A stretch of DNA of 64,000 nt from Vicinamibacteria bacterium. Lineage in GTDB: Bacteria > Acidobacteriota > Vicinamibacteria > Marinacidobacterales > Marinacidobacteraceae. The stretch spans positions 1,792,001 through 1,856,000 of the forward strand of contig OZ219816.1 of NCBI GenBank assembly GCA_964291235.2. The letters run 5' to 3'. Made by a program: the position numbers and the translations under genes. This document shows, piece after piece, positions 42,484 through 51,950 of this stretch; positions within the stretch are counted from its first letter, which is position 1; every line of letters begins with the position of its first letter. Below the pieces are notes generated by a model, which did no database searches, was not told the DNA's origin, and worked only from the letters and a program-made list of their open reading frames with translations.

Positions 42484-44540
42484 TGCACCGTCCCCAACCG
42501 GCGGAGGGCGAGCGGCGCGAGGAGGGGGCCGTCGTGGGTCACCAGCGTGGCTCCCGGTACCGCGGCGGCGGCCTCGAATGCCGCCGCGGCCCGGGCTCGC
42601 TCTCCGAGAGCGGCGAAGGCGAGAGCCCGGTAGTAGAGGACCGTGCCGTCACTGATCCCGGCGCCCGTCGGAGCCCCCACGTCCCCCAGATAGCGCACCA
42701 GGGCCCGCTCCGGATCTCCCAACAGGATCCAGCAGATCCCCGCCTCGAGCTGGCGCGTCGCGTCGCTCCGGCCCCTCGCAAAGTCGGCCTCCAGTTCCAC
42801 GAGGCGCCGGTTGCATTTTTGGGCCGCCAACGAGGGAAGCACGGGTGTTTCGGAAAGCACCAGGCGCAGTTGCCGCTCGGCCCCGTCGCGGCGCACCACG
42901 AGGTCGATCGTGGAGTCCGCCGGCTCGCTCGCAACCAGGTCGGAGAGTGCGAGCTCGTCAGAAACGAGCTGGCCCTCGATTTCAAGAAGCTCGTCCCCCG
43001 GCTCCATCCCGGCCAGCACGGCCGGCCCAGCCGGGTGAACGCTGGCGATCCGCAGCCCTCGCGCGCCGCTCTCCGCCCCCGCTTCCCGGAGCGCGACCGC
43101 CGTCATTCCGGTCCACGAGCGGCGGCGCTGCGGGGGAGTCAGGAGCCGTTCGGCGGCCAGGCCCGCACTTGCCGGCGCGAAACGATCGAACCGAGCCACG
43201 TCCGGCGTCCGGGATCCCGCGGCCAGGAATTCAACCTGCGACGGCCCCACGCCTGGTTCCGGCAGCCGGACGAGGATCCGCGCCTGCGCGTCAGGTTCGT
43301 CCGGGCCGTCCACAACGAAGTAGTCATCCCTCGCCTCGAGTACCCGCCGCACTTCGCGATCCGCCTCGGAACCACCCTCCGGTTCGCTGGGGGTCATGGC
43401 CAGAACGGGGAGGGCCTCGCAGGAAACCGCGGTTCGAGAGCCCCGCGAAACCGTGAAGGAGCGGGCGCAGCGCCCCGCGGGATGACGGATCTCAACCTCA
43501 TGTTCGCCGGAGCACATCGCCGAGAACGAGAGCGGGGTCACACCGCGTTCCTCGCCGTCCAGCACCACCGTCGCACCGCTCGGCTCGCTTTCGATCCTGA
43601 GACCTCCAGTGGAAGGGCGGAGCCGAACGAACCGCGGCAGGTAGTCGCGGGCTTCATCGGCATGGAACGTGAACCGGGACGGAGTGCGGCAGGGCGCCTC
43701 CAGCGTGATCTCGTTGGCTCCGGTTTCCAGGTTCCCGAGCTGGAGGGGCGCCGAAAAATCCTCCCGGGCGAAGCGCGGCGGCACCGCCGGCCGCAGGTCT
43801 TCCGGAAGACTGCCGGTCGTGACGCCCGCGACCCGTCCCCCCACGCGCACCGTGACTCCGGCCGGCGAGGTGATCACGGAAAGGACCGGACGGCTGCGCT
43901 CCATCTCGTGTTCGATCGCGATCCTCTCGCCCGCCAGCACTTCACGACGCGGTTCGGTGTAAACCGCATAGCCGGGCCGGTCCAGTCGAATCGTGACGAG
44001 CCCCGCGAACACCGGGCGGCCCGTCAGGGGGGTGGTGCCGACCGCTTCGTCCTCGACGAACACGGTGACGCCGGCCGGCTCGGTCAGGACGCTCAGATAA
44101 GCGAGCAGTTCGCCCCGCTGCTGTTCGAACAGGTCCACCACGACCGGGGAGATTCCGGTGAGGTCGAGACGCCAGGTCGGATCCGCCAGGATCAACAGAC
44201 GAAGGTCGTCGGCGGCCTGCTCGAAGGACTCGCGGGTCACGTGGGCGCGGGCGCGGTATTCGAGAGCGCGCAGGAACAACTCGGTCTCGATTTCCGGGAG
44301 CCGCCCCTCCGCGTCACGAGCCGCGTCGAGCGCATCGAGGATCGCCGTCAGCGCCAGGATCGCCTCTACCGCCAGGTCCGGATCTGCGGTCTGTGGGCGG
44401 AGGCTCCGCAACTCGGCGGCGATGGCCGCCGAGTCCTGAGCAACCGGCGCCTGCGCGGCAACTCGTGCGGGGAGGGCAGCGATGGACACGATTCCCGCCA
44501 GCAGCACTGGCGCCATCCGGACGGATCCCACCGCGTTCAC
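42480..44540 (-). CDS. Secreted TPR/PEGA/PDZ multidomain protein
   Basis: Repeated PEGA motifs ('TEPAGVTVFV..GTTPL', 'SEPSGATVVLDG..GVTPL'); PDZ 'SVHPAGPAVLAGMEPGDELLEIEG'. Confidence 0.8.
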   Translation of the reverse strand: MNAVGSVRMAPVLLAGIVSIAALPARVAAQAPVAQDSAAIAAELRSLRPQTADPDLAVEAILALTAILDALDAARDAEGRLPEIETELFLRALEYRARAHVTRESFEQAADDLRLLILADPTWRLDLTGISPVVVDLFEQQRGELLAYLSVLTEPAGVTVFVEDEAVGTTPLTGRPVFAGLVTIRLDRPGYAVYTEPRREVLAGERIAIEHEMERSRPVLSVITSPAGVTVRVGGRVAGVTTGSLPEDLRPAVPPRFAREDFSAPLQLGNLETGANEITLEAPCRTPSRFTFHADEARDYLPRFVRLRPSTGGLRIESEPSGATVVLDGEERGVTPLSFSAMCSGEHEVEIRHPAGRCARSFTVSRGSRTAVSCEALPVLAMTPSEPEGGSEADREVRRVLEARDDYFVVDGPDEPDAQARILVRLPEPGVGPSQVEFLAAGSRTPDVARFDRFAPASAGLAAERLLTPPQRRRSWTGMTAVALREAGAESGARGLRIASVHPAGPAVLAGMEPGDELLEIEGQLVSDELALSDLVASEPADSTIDLVVRRDGAERQLRLVLSETPVLPSLAAQKCNRRLVELEADFARGRSDATRQLEAGICWILLGDPERALVRYLGDVGAPTGAGISDGTVLYYRALAFAALGERARAAAAFEAAAAVPGATLVTHDGPLLAPLALRRLGTVQ

Positions 44541-46108
44541 CGAAGCACCGCTACCGCGTGCGTGGATTCATCCAGGACGAACAGACTGCCGTCGGGAGCC
44601 ACCCCGAGCGAGACGGGCCGGCGGACCGCGCCCCCCGACCACTCGCCGCCGCGCAGCGTGGCGAGCGGCCTGAAATCGTGGTCGAAGACGCCCAGCATCG
44701 GGCCATCGCGGTCCAGGACGAAGAGGTGCCCCAGGCCGTCGAAGGCCAAGTCCACCGGTTCCGAAAAACCGGATTCGCGGGTGAGGTGAAAGATCCGCCG
44801 GCCCTCCGCGTCGAAGGCGAGCACCCCCTGCCGGTCCTCGATCACGATCAGATGTCCCGCAGGATGGCGTTCGATGCGGTGCACTTCGTCGAGCCGGGAA
44901 TGGGCCAGCCGGCCGAGGTAGAGACCCGAACGCGCGAACCGGAACACCGCCTTCTCCCGGTCGTCCCAGACCCAGTAGCCCTCGGGCGCAACCGTGACGG
45001 CGCGGATCCGACGGAGGCGTTCCGGGCCGTTCTCGACTCGCAGCGTCATGACGTTTCCACCGACGATCAGGGCCTCCCCCGCCGCCACCACGGGGACCGC
45101 CGCACCCGCACCCGCCGCGCCGTCCGCGAACACGAAATCCCAGGGATCTTCGACTCCGATCGCCCCTTCGAACTCGCCCGCCGGCGAAAACGTCTGCAAT
45201 TCGTCGGTGTCGCGGTCGAGAACGTGAATGCTGCCTCCGGCTACCCGTACCCGGCGCGGCCGGTCGAGCCGCTGCGGCGGTTGAATGGCCCCCGCCGCGC
45301 GCCACGAGGGACCTTCCGGCGACTGGAAGCGGAAGACCAGGGTGGCGAGTTCGCGGGCCTCTTCCGCAAGCTCCAGCGGCGAAAAGCCCGGGTCGCCTTC
45401 GCCAGGCCCGGCGCCATCCGCGGCTCGGTCCCGCGCTACGCGAAGCAGGTCCGCGCGGAGCTCCGCCACGTGTCCGAACGCCGCGTCCGATTGGCCCAGC
45501 CGCGCGAGGGTGCGGGCCAGCAACAGACGGGCGCGGAAACGCTCGGCGGCCGATGCCGGAGCGGAGTGCGTCTCATAGAGCGCGGAGAGAAGCGCTCCCG
45601 CCCCGGTGGGATCATCCATGAAGTCGGAGGCGATTCCGGCGATCCCGGTGAGCGCCGCAAAGGACCACGGAGAACCGGCAGGCCCGGCAGCGGTGAGAGC
45701 CCGCTCGAACTCGGCCAGGGCGTCCTCGGGCCGCGGCGGCAGACTTGCGGCGGCAATTCTGCCGAGCAGCAGGTGAGCCCCGGGAACCGAGTCGCCCGCC
45801 GGATAGTCGCGGAACAGACGGTCCACCATCTCCTCCGCGGCGGCCGGGTTCCCCTCCGTTTCGAACCGGTGCCGGGCGATGCGGAGCGCCGCATCATCCG
45901 CGAGCCGGGTACCCGGCATCGTGTCCATGATCGCTTCAAAATCGCGAATCGCCTGCCCGTAGCGCCCCCCCGCGTAGAACTGCTCCGCACTCCGGAAACG
46001 CCGTTCGGCGGCACGTTCGAGCTGGGCTTCCGATTGTGTTTGGGCAAAAAGCGGCGACGCCACCCCGAGCCCAACCAGAACCGAAAGCCATGCCACACGA
46101 GTGGTCAT
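44537..46108 (-). CDS. Secreted TPR (BamD/YbgF-like) plus NHL-type beta-propeller protein
   Basis: Signal peptide; helical repeats 'YGQAIRDF...ADDAALRIA'; 'FSEPVDLAFDGLGHLFVLD', 'PVSLGVAPDGSLFVLD'. Confidence 0.75.
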   Translation of the reverse strand: MTTRVAWLSVLVGLGVASPLFAQTQSEAQLERAAERRFRSAEQFYAGGRYGQAIRDFEAIMDTMPGTRLADDAALRIARHRFETEGNPAAAEEMVDRLFRDYPAGDSVPGAHLLLGRIAAASLPPRPEDALAEFERALTAAGPAGSPWSFAALTGIAGIASDFMDDPTGAGALLSALYETHSAPASAAERFRARLLLARTLARLGQSDAAFGHVAELRADLLRVARDRAADGAGPGEGDPGFSPLELAEEARELATLVFRFQSPEGPSWRAAGAIQPPQRLDRPRRVRVAGGSIHVLDRDTDELQTFSPAGEFEGAIGVEDPWDFVFADGAAGAGAAVPVVAAGEALIVGGNVMTLRVENGPERLRRIRAVTVAPEGYWVWDDREKAVFRFARSGLYLGRLAHSRLDEVHRIERHPAGHLIVIEDRQGVLAFDAEGRRIFHLTRESGFSEPVDLAFDGLGHLFVLDRDGPMLGVFDHDFRPLATLRGGEWSGGAVRRPVSLGVAPDGSLFVLDESTHAVAVLR

Positions 46109-46121
46109 GAAGCGGACACCG

Positions 46122-46745
46122 TCAGTTTACTGAACCGCCCGTCCCCAAATCGGAACAGCGGGCGACGAACGCGGCAGCCTGGCGAAGATCGCGGAACGCG
46201 CGAATCGCCGCCAGACCGGAGACTCCCGCGCTCCAGGGGCGATCGAGGTTCTCCGCGGTCAGTCCACCGACCGCCCACACCGGGATCCGGAGCCTGCGGC
46301 TGGTCTCGGAAAAGGCCTCCGGCGGCAAGGGACGTTTCCTGCCGGTCGGCGCGAAGGGGCCCAGAATCACGTAGTCGGCCCCCTCCCGCTCCGCGGCAAC
46401 CGCTCCGTCCAGCCCGTGCACCGAACGCCCGATCAGTAGTCGGCCTCGCGGAAACCTTGAACGAACCGCCGCGGCCGGCAGACCGGCTTCCGGCAGGTGT
46501 ACGCCGGCAACGGGAAACGCGGCCGCAAGCGCCAACCGGTCGTTCACGACGATTCGAGACAGCGTTTCGGGCGCCGCCTCCGCAAGGTCCTCCAGAAACA
46601 TCTCGAACGCACGATCGCTGATCTCCCGGTCGCGCAACTGCAAGAAGTCCACCCCGAGCCGGTGGAGTGCGCGAACGTGCTCTACGGCGAGGCCCCGCAC
46701 GCTGGAGATCGCGCAGCAAACGGGCCGGGCGGGCGATCCGAGCAT
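46122..46745 (-). CDS. Thiamine phosphate synthase/TenI family protein
   Basis: 'LQLRDR', 'VVNDR', 'GVHL', 'IGRSVH', 'GADYVILGP', 'AVGG'. Confidence 0.82.
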   Translation of the reverse strand: MLGSPARPVCCAISSVRGLAVEHVRALHRLGVDFLQLRDREISDRAFEMFLEDLAEAAPETLSRIVVNDRLALAAAFPVAGVHLPEAGLPAAAVRSRFPRGRLLIGRSVHGLDGAVAAEREGADYVILGPFAPTGRKRPLPPEAFSETSRRLRIPVWAVGGLTAENLDRPWSAGVSGLAAIRAFRDLRQAAAFVARCSDLGTGGSVN

Positions 46746-46834
46746 CCCGGGGATGATCGCGCATCCCCCTCGGGGGGCCGACGTTGTCGACGAACAGCCG
46801 GTGGTGAAACGCAGGTGAGGGCCGAAGCCCACGA

Positions 46835-47275
46835 TTAGCGGCGCTTTTCGCGGAGCCGGGCTGCTTTCCCCTTGCGCTTGCGCAGGAAGTAGAGCTTGGC
46901 GCGCCGCACGTGGTGCGAGCGGATGACCTCCACCTTCGCGACCAGCGGCGAATGAAGCGGGAAAATCCGCTCGACGGCGACCCCGAAGGAGGTCTTCCGG
47001 ACGGTGATGGTGCGGCGGTTGCCGCCATGTTTCATCGCAATCAGGATTCCTTCGAAGATCTGGATCCGTTCGCGGTCCCCTTCGCGAATGGTCGCGTGGA
47101 CCCGGACGGCATCTCCAGGGTGAAGATCCGGCCGGTCGGCCTTCAGATCGGCGGCCTCCAGCTCTCGAATGACTTCCGACGCCGTCTTGACCGAAGGCGG
47201 CTGGTTCTCTTCCACCGAAACCGCCAGGGCACTCTCTTCGGGGGTGTCCGTGGCCGGCTGCTCGCTCACGCTCAT
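46835..47275 (-). CDS. rplS: 50S ribosomal protein L19
   Basis: 'PGDAVRVH..IREGDRERIQIFEG', 'VERIFPLHSP', 'VRRAKLYFLR'. Confidence 0.96.
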   Translation of the reverse strand: MSVSEQPATDTPEESALAVSVEENQPPSVKTASEVIRELEAADLKADRPDLHPGDAVRVHATIREGDRERIQIFEGILIAMKHGGNRRTITVRKTSFGVAVERIFPLHSPLVAKVEVIRSHHVRRAKLYFLRKRKGKAARLREKRR

Positions 47276-48012
47276 GATGGTTTCTCCTTCGTATCTGGAT
47301 TCGTTTCTCGGGCCGCTTCTCTCTGGCCGGCGAACGCGCGGAGCAGATCGGGCCGGCGGCTCCTGGTCAGCTCGACGGACTGTTCCAGCCGGAACTGGCG
47401 GACGGCCTCGTGGTTCCCCGAACGGAGAACCGGCGGCACTTCCTGGCCCCGGAAGACCGGGGGGCGAGTGTAGTGGGCATGCTCCAGAAGTCCGGTTGCG
47501 AACGACTCCTGGACAACGGATTCGGCGTCTCCGACCGCGCCGGGGATGAGCCGGGCCACCGCGTCCACGAGGACCATGGCCGGGATCTCGCCTCCGGAGA
47601 GGACATAGTCGCCGACCGAGACTTCTTCGGCGCCGGTCAGGGCGCCAAAGCGCTCATCGACGCCCTCGTAGCGTCCGGCGACCAGCAGGAGGCGCGGCTC
47701 CCGCGCCAGCTCAGCAACCAGTTCCTGGTCCAGGCGCCGACCGCGGGGCGACAGCAGCACCACCCGAGGCTCTGCGGCATCGAGTTCGCGGATCGACTCC
47801 ACCGCTTCCACGAGCGGCTCCACGCGCATCACCATTCCCGGCCCGCCGCCGTAGGGAGCGTCATCCGCTCGCTGGAAGCGTCCCTCGGTCCAATCCGTCA
47901 GCGCGTGGGTTTCGATCTCCAGGAGGCCCGCCTGCCGGGCCCGCCGCACGATGCCGTGTTCGAAGACCTCGCCGAACATGCCGGGAAGAAGACTCACAAT
48001 GTCAACGCGCAT
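47272..48012 (-). CDS. trmD: tRNA (guanine37-N1)-methyltransferase
   Basis: 'DDAPYGGGPGMV', 'GRYEGVDER', 'SVGDYVLSGGE', 'SGNH'. Confidence 0.96.
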   Translation of the reverse strand: MRVDIVSLLPGMFGEVFEHGIVRRARQAGLLEIETHALTDWTEGRFQRADDAPYGGGPGMVMRVEPLVEAVESIRELDAAEPRVVLLSPRGRRLDQELVAELAREPRLLLVAGRYEGVDERFGALTGAEEVSVGDYVLSGGEIPAMVLVDAVARLIPGAVGDAESVVQESFATGLLEHAHYTRPPVFRGQEVPPVLRSGNHEAVRQFRLEQSVELTRSRRPDLLRAFAGQREAARETNPDTKEKPS

Positions 48013-48652
48013 TGCTGTTTACCGGCGGGATCGGCGCGTTGAGCCCGAGCAGTCCGTCGGGGACGTTCAAAACGACCCGGCCGGCCTCCGGCTCGACGAG
48101 CACACAAAGGGCTTCGACGAACGGGATGAGGTCTTCCGAACCGTCCGGGGCGCGGAGGACGAGAAGGGTGGGGCCGGCGGTGTCGAGCGTGCCCACGATC
48201 TCTCCGAGGAGGGCTCCCTCTTTGCTTTCGGCCCGGCAGCCGACGAGTTCGTCGGAGTAGTAGCGGTCGTCGGGAAGGGCGGCACGCTCCGACTCCCGGA
48301 TGCGGACCTCCATTCCCCGGAGCGTTTCGGCGGCGCCGATGTCGCCGATTCCGTCGAAGAGCACCACCGGGCGTCCCTTGTGGATGCGCACGGCGTCGAG
48401 CGAACGCCAGCGTCCCGGCCGTTCGGCGGGGCCGACTTCGGCGCTTTCGATTTCAAAGAAGCGGTCGGGATCGTCAGTCAGCGGCTCGACGGCGACTTCC
48501 CCGCGGCGGCCGACCGGCCGGACAACCTGCCCGATGACAACGTCGGCGCTGAGGTCCGGACCGTTGCATTCCGGACCGCCGTCGCCGGACCCTGCCGGTT
48601 CGTCTAGCCGTCGTTCCCGCCAGGACTTGGATGACGGTGCGCCAGAAGCCAT
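48002..48652 (-). CDS. rimM: Ribosome maturation factor RimM
   Basis: 'IGQVVRPVGRRGEV', 'YYSDELVGC', 'LIPFV'; synteny with rpsP and trmD; start uncertain. Confidence 0.85.
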   Translation of the reverse strand: MASGAPSSKSWRERRLDEPAGSGDGGPECNGPDLSADVVIGQVVRPVGRRGEVAVEPLTDDPDRFFEIESAEVGPAERPGRWRSLDAVRIHKGRPVVLFDGIGDIGAAETLRGMEVRIRESERAALPDDRYYSDELVGCRAESKEGALLGEIVGTLDTAGPTLLVLRAPDGSEDLIPFVEALCVLVEPEAGRVVLNVPDGLLGLNAPIPPVNSNAR

Positions 48653-48827
48653 GGTCTTCTCGCTCTCCTGGTCACGCTCGTCTTGCGGGTTGCTCGGGTT
48701 CTGCGGGCTGGCGGTGTTCTTGATGCTCGTGATCTGCGGGCGGTGAACCGCCCGGTCGGGGGACAGCATCCAGAAGCCGTCAGCCAGATTTCCGAAGGTC
48801 CGGCAACCGCGCTGGGTGACCGGTGCG

Positions 48828-49133
48828 CTACTTCGATCCGGCGGCGGTCCCGTCTTCCCCTGACCCGTTTCCTTCGGATTCGGCCGGCTCAGCGAGCACG
48901 CTCTTCAGAAAGCTCTTCACCGTGAGACTCGGTTTGGCGCCGTGCCCAAGCCAGTAACGCGCCCGGTCGGCCTTGATGTGCAGCCGGCCTTCCGCATCGT
49001 TTGGCATGCGCGGGTGGTAATAGCCGAGCGTCTCCACAATGCGACCGACCCTTCCGTGCACGGAATCCGAAACGACCACCCGGAAATGGGCGTCACGCTT
49101 CCGCCCGGTACGGGCAAGCCTGATGTTCAACAC
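48828..49133 (-). CDS. rpsP: 30S ribosomal protein S16
   Basis: 'IRLARTGRK...FRVVVSDS...GRIVETLGYYHP', 'YWLGHGAKPS.TV'. Confidence 0.9.
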   Translation of the reverse strand: MLNIRLARTGRKRDAHFRVVVSDSVHGRVGRIVETLGYYHPRMPNDAEGRLHIKADRARYWLGHGAKPSLTVKSFLKSVLAEPAESEGNGSGEDGTAAGSK

Positions 49134-49215
49134 GAAGAGGAGCCTCGATTCTGGAAAAAGCCGCTGCCGACGGCCACTCCGAAGGCCGGAAGGGTAGGCC
49201 GAACCCACCTTCCAG

Positions 49216-50196
49216 TCAAGGTGATCCGATGCCGAGGTCCCGCAGAATTCCCGGGTTGTCCTGCCAATTGGCACGGACCTTGACCTGAAGATCGAGGAAG
49301 ACCCGGCGCCCGAGCCGCTTCTCGATCCGCCCCCGCGCTTCGGTACCAATTCGTTTCAGCATCCGGCCGCCCCGGCCGATCACGATTCCCTTCTGGGAGT
49401 CCCGATCCAGAAGCACGGAGGCCGCGATACGCACCAGGGGATTCGAATCGTCGTACTCCTCGATCCTGACGGCGGCGGCGTGCGGAACCTCCTGATGGAG
49501 GTGTTCGAGCATCCGCTCACGGACGATCTCCGATGCGAAAAAGGCTTCCGGAAGATCCGTGATCTGACCGTCGGGATAGAGCGGCGGGCTGAACGGAAGC
49601 AGCGCCGCCAACGTCGTGATCAGCGAGCCGGCCGGGAGATCCCCCGCCCCGCCCTTCCCCCCTTCCTTCGGGTTGTCGGGCTCGTCCACGTTCGCGCCGG
49701 AACGCGCCGAAAACAGCACCACCGGGCCGATATCCCGCTCGCGGTAGAACGCTTCAAGCTCACCCAACCGCAGTCGGGGAGCGGCGTCAATCTTGTTGAT
49801 GCCGATCACCCGAGGCCCCGGAAACGCCTCCAGCCGCCGCAGGAGGTCCCGGTCGTGATCGGAAGGGGCGCGGGTTCCATCCACGACCGCAAGTCCCGCA
49901 TCCGCCCCTCCGAGGCTCTGGGCAACCGTGCGCATCATCGCCCGGCCGAGGCCGGTGCGCGGACGGTGGATTCCGGGAGTGTCGAGCAGGATCAGTTCCA
50001 GCCCCGGACGGCGGGCTACTCCCAGGATGCGCCGGCGGGTCGTCTGGTGCTTCCGGTGGACCGCCGCCAGCCGTTCCCCGACGAGTCGATTCAGGAGAGT
50101 GGACTTCCCGGCACCCGGCAGCCCGACCAGAGCCACGAATCCGGCGCGGTGGGCCGGATGTGCGAGAGGCCCAGGTTCAGGCGCGGAGGCGGCCAA
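49216..50196 (-). CDS. era: GTPase Era
   Basis: 'GFVALVGLPGAGKSTLLN', 'QTTR', 'DTPG', 'NKID', KH domain 'SQKGIVIGRGG'. Confidence 0.93.
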   Translation of the reverse strand: MAASAPEPGPLAHPAHRAGFVALVGLPGAGKSTLLNRLVGERLAAVHRKHQTTRRRILGVARRPGLELILLDTPGIHRPRTGLGRAMMRTVAQSLGGADAGLAVVDGTRAPSDHDRDLLRRLEAFPGPRVIGINKIDAAPRLRLGELEAFYRERDIGPVVLFSARSGANVDEPDNPKEGGKGGAGDLPAGSLITTLAALLPFSPPLYPDGQITDLPEAFFASEIVRERMLEHLHQEVPHAAAVRIEEYDDSNPLVRIAASVLLDRDSQKGIVIGRGGRMLKRIGTEARGRIEKRLGRRVFLDLQVKVRANWQDNPGILRDLGIGSP

Positions 50197-51420
50197 TCAA
50201 GCTCCCCCGACCCGCGTCAGCCGGACTCTGTGGATGCGCCGTTCGTCGGCATCGAGAATCTCGATCCGGAGTCCCTCCCGCTCGATTGCTTCACCGGGCG
50301 ACGGAATTCTGCGGAAAGCCGCCAGTGCGAAACCGGAGATGGTGTCGAAGGCGGCTCCGTTCAGCGAGTCGGGAAGTGTGAGGCCCGTAACGCGCGCGAT
50401 TTCATCGAGTTCCGCCCCGCCGCGCACTTGATACACGCCCTCCGCCTCCCGCACCAGATCCTCCTCGACCGGCTCGTCCTCTTCGTGGACCTCTCCCACG
50501 ATCTCTTCCGAGATGTCGCGAAGCGTCACGATGCCCGAGACGCTCGCGTGTTCGTCCACCACCACCGCAAACGTCTGTTTGGAGAGCTTGAACTCGCGCA
50601 ACAGGTCGTCCACTCGTTTCGTTTCAGGAACGACCGGCACCTCGCGCAGTAGCGGAACAAGTCCTTTCGGGGCGCCGGGTACGGCGATCAGGTCCACGGC
50701 GTCCACCAGCCCCACCACCTGGTCGGCAGCGCCAAAGACCGGAATGCGGTGGTGCCGGCTGTCGGCGATCAGTTGCTCAACCTCCTGCCGGGAGGCTTCA
50801 TCGGAGACCGACACCACGCTGGGGCGCGGCGTCATCACCTCACGAACCAGCATCTCGTCGAGCTCGAGTACTCCCCGCACCATCGCGGCCTCCTCCTCTT
50901 CCAGGATCCCCTCTTCCTCGCCCGTCTCCAGGAAGGCTGCCACCTCCTCGTCGGAGACCTCGTCGTCGGGCTCCAACGGGAGCGGGAAGCCGCGCCGGAG
51001 AAGGTTGCGGAGCGGTTCGGCGACCGGAAGGACGAGCATTTCCCAGCGGCCGAACCAGGGGAGCAGCGGACGCAGCACGTCTTCGGGGTCGCGCAGCAAA
51101 ATGGCGGCGGGGACCACTTCCCGTAGCACGAACCAGGCCGGAACGAAGACGCCGAAGGTCCACAAGAGGCCGGTCGCCCCGAAGCCCATCCGGTCGAGGG
51201 CGAATCCCAGGAGCGCGCCGGCCACCAAGAGTCCAAACCGGGCCGGAACAAGAACCGCGAGCGGGTCCGCCAGCCGTTCCCGAAGGGTGCGCGCCTCCTC
51301 CACGCTCTCCCCCAGGGCGCGTACCGCGATCGGGCTCGACGCGAAAAAGGCGATCTCGAACAAAGCGAAGAGGACCGCAAGAAGGCCGGCGATCAACGCC
51401 AGGACGCTCCAGAGGAACAT
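50197..51420 (-). CDS. Hemolysin family CNNM/CBS/CorC-HlyC protein
   Basis: TM N-terminus, 'VREVMTPR', 'VPETK', 'AVVVDEH..VSGIVT', CorC C-terminal 'DTISG'. Confidence 0.88.
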   Translation of the reverse strand: MFLWSVLALIAGLLAVLFALFEIAFFASSPIAVRALGESVEEARTLRERLADPLAVLVPARFGLLVAGALLGFALDRMGFGATGLLWTFGVFVPAWFVLREVVPAAILLRDPEDVLRPLLPWFGRWEMLVLPVAEPLRNLLRRGFPLPLEPDDEVSDEEVAAFLETGEEEGILEEEEAAMVRGVLELDEMLVREVMTPRPSVVSVSDEASRQEVEQLIADSRHHRIPVFGAADQVVGLVDAVDLIAVPGAPKGLVPLLREVPVVPETKRVDDLLREFKLSKQTFAVVVDEHASVSGIVTLRDISEEIVGEVHEEDEPVEEDLVREAEGVYQVRGGAELDEIARVTGLTLPDSLNGAAFDTISGFALAAFRRIPSPGEAIEREGLRIEILDADERRIHRVRLTRVGGA

Positions 51421-51422
51421 CG

Positions 51423-51950
51423 TCAGTTCTTCACCAGGCCGTGCCGTAAACGAAGGACGCGCTCCAGCCGCATCATTTCACCCCGGTCCTGCTCGTGGTC
51501 GTAGCCCAGAAGATGCAGGTAGCCGTGTACCGCGAGGACGCGGATTTCGTCGTCGAGCCCCACACCCGCCTCCCGGGCCTGACGCGCGGCGGTCTCCGCG
51601 GAGACCACCAGATCCCCAAGGTACTCCGGTTCTCCTCCGGCCAGGAACTCCGCCGGCACCGGGTCGGCCGGAAAGGCGAGCACGTCCGTGGCCCGATCCC
51701 GGTCGCGAAAGCGGCGATTCAGTTCACGGATCTTCCGGTCCGAGACGATCCGGAGGGTGGCCCCCCGCGGGTCTCCCGGCGCCACGTCCGCGGCGACCCG
51801 TTCGAGGAAGACCGCCAGCGCGGGGGGATCCACCGGGTAACGGCGTTGCCGGTTCTGGACGGCGAAACGCGCCCGTTCCCGCCGACCGAGCCGCGGCGAG
51901 GGACGTTCGGGTCCGGAATCGTCAGGCCCGGAATCGGCGGCCTCACGCAC
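51423..51950 (-). CDS. ybeY: rRNA maturation RNase YbeY
   Basis: 'LNRRFR...TDVLAFP', 'LGDLVVS', 'HGYLHLLGYDH'. Confidence 0.93.
   Translation of the reverse strand: MREAADSGPDDSGPERPSPRLGRRERARFAVQNRQRRYPVDPPALAVFLERVAADVAPGDPRGATLRIVSDRKIRELNRRFRDRDRATDVLAFPADPVPAEFLAGGEPEYLGDLVVSAETAARQAREAGVGLDDEIRVLAVHGYLHLLGYDHEQDRGEMMRLERVLRLRHGLVKN

Noticed and set aside
48653-48827. KH-domain gene (khpA) often found between rpsP and rimM
   Set aside because: The gap is too short and shows no KH motif; its absence is common.
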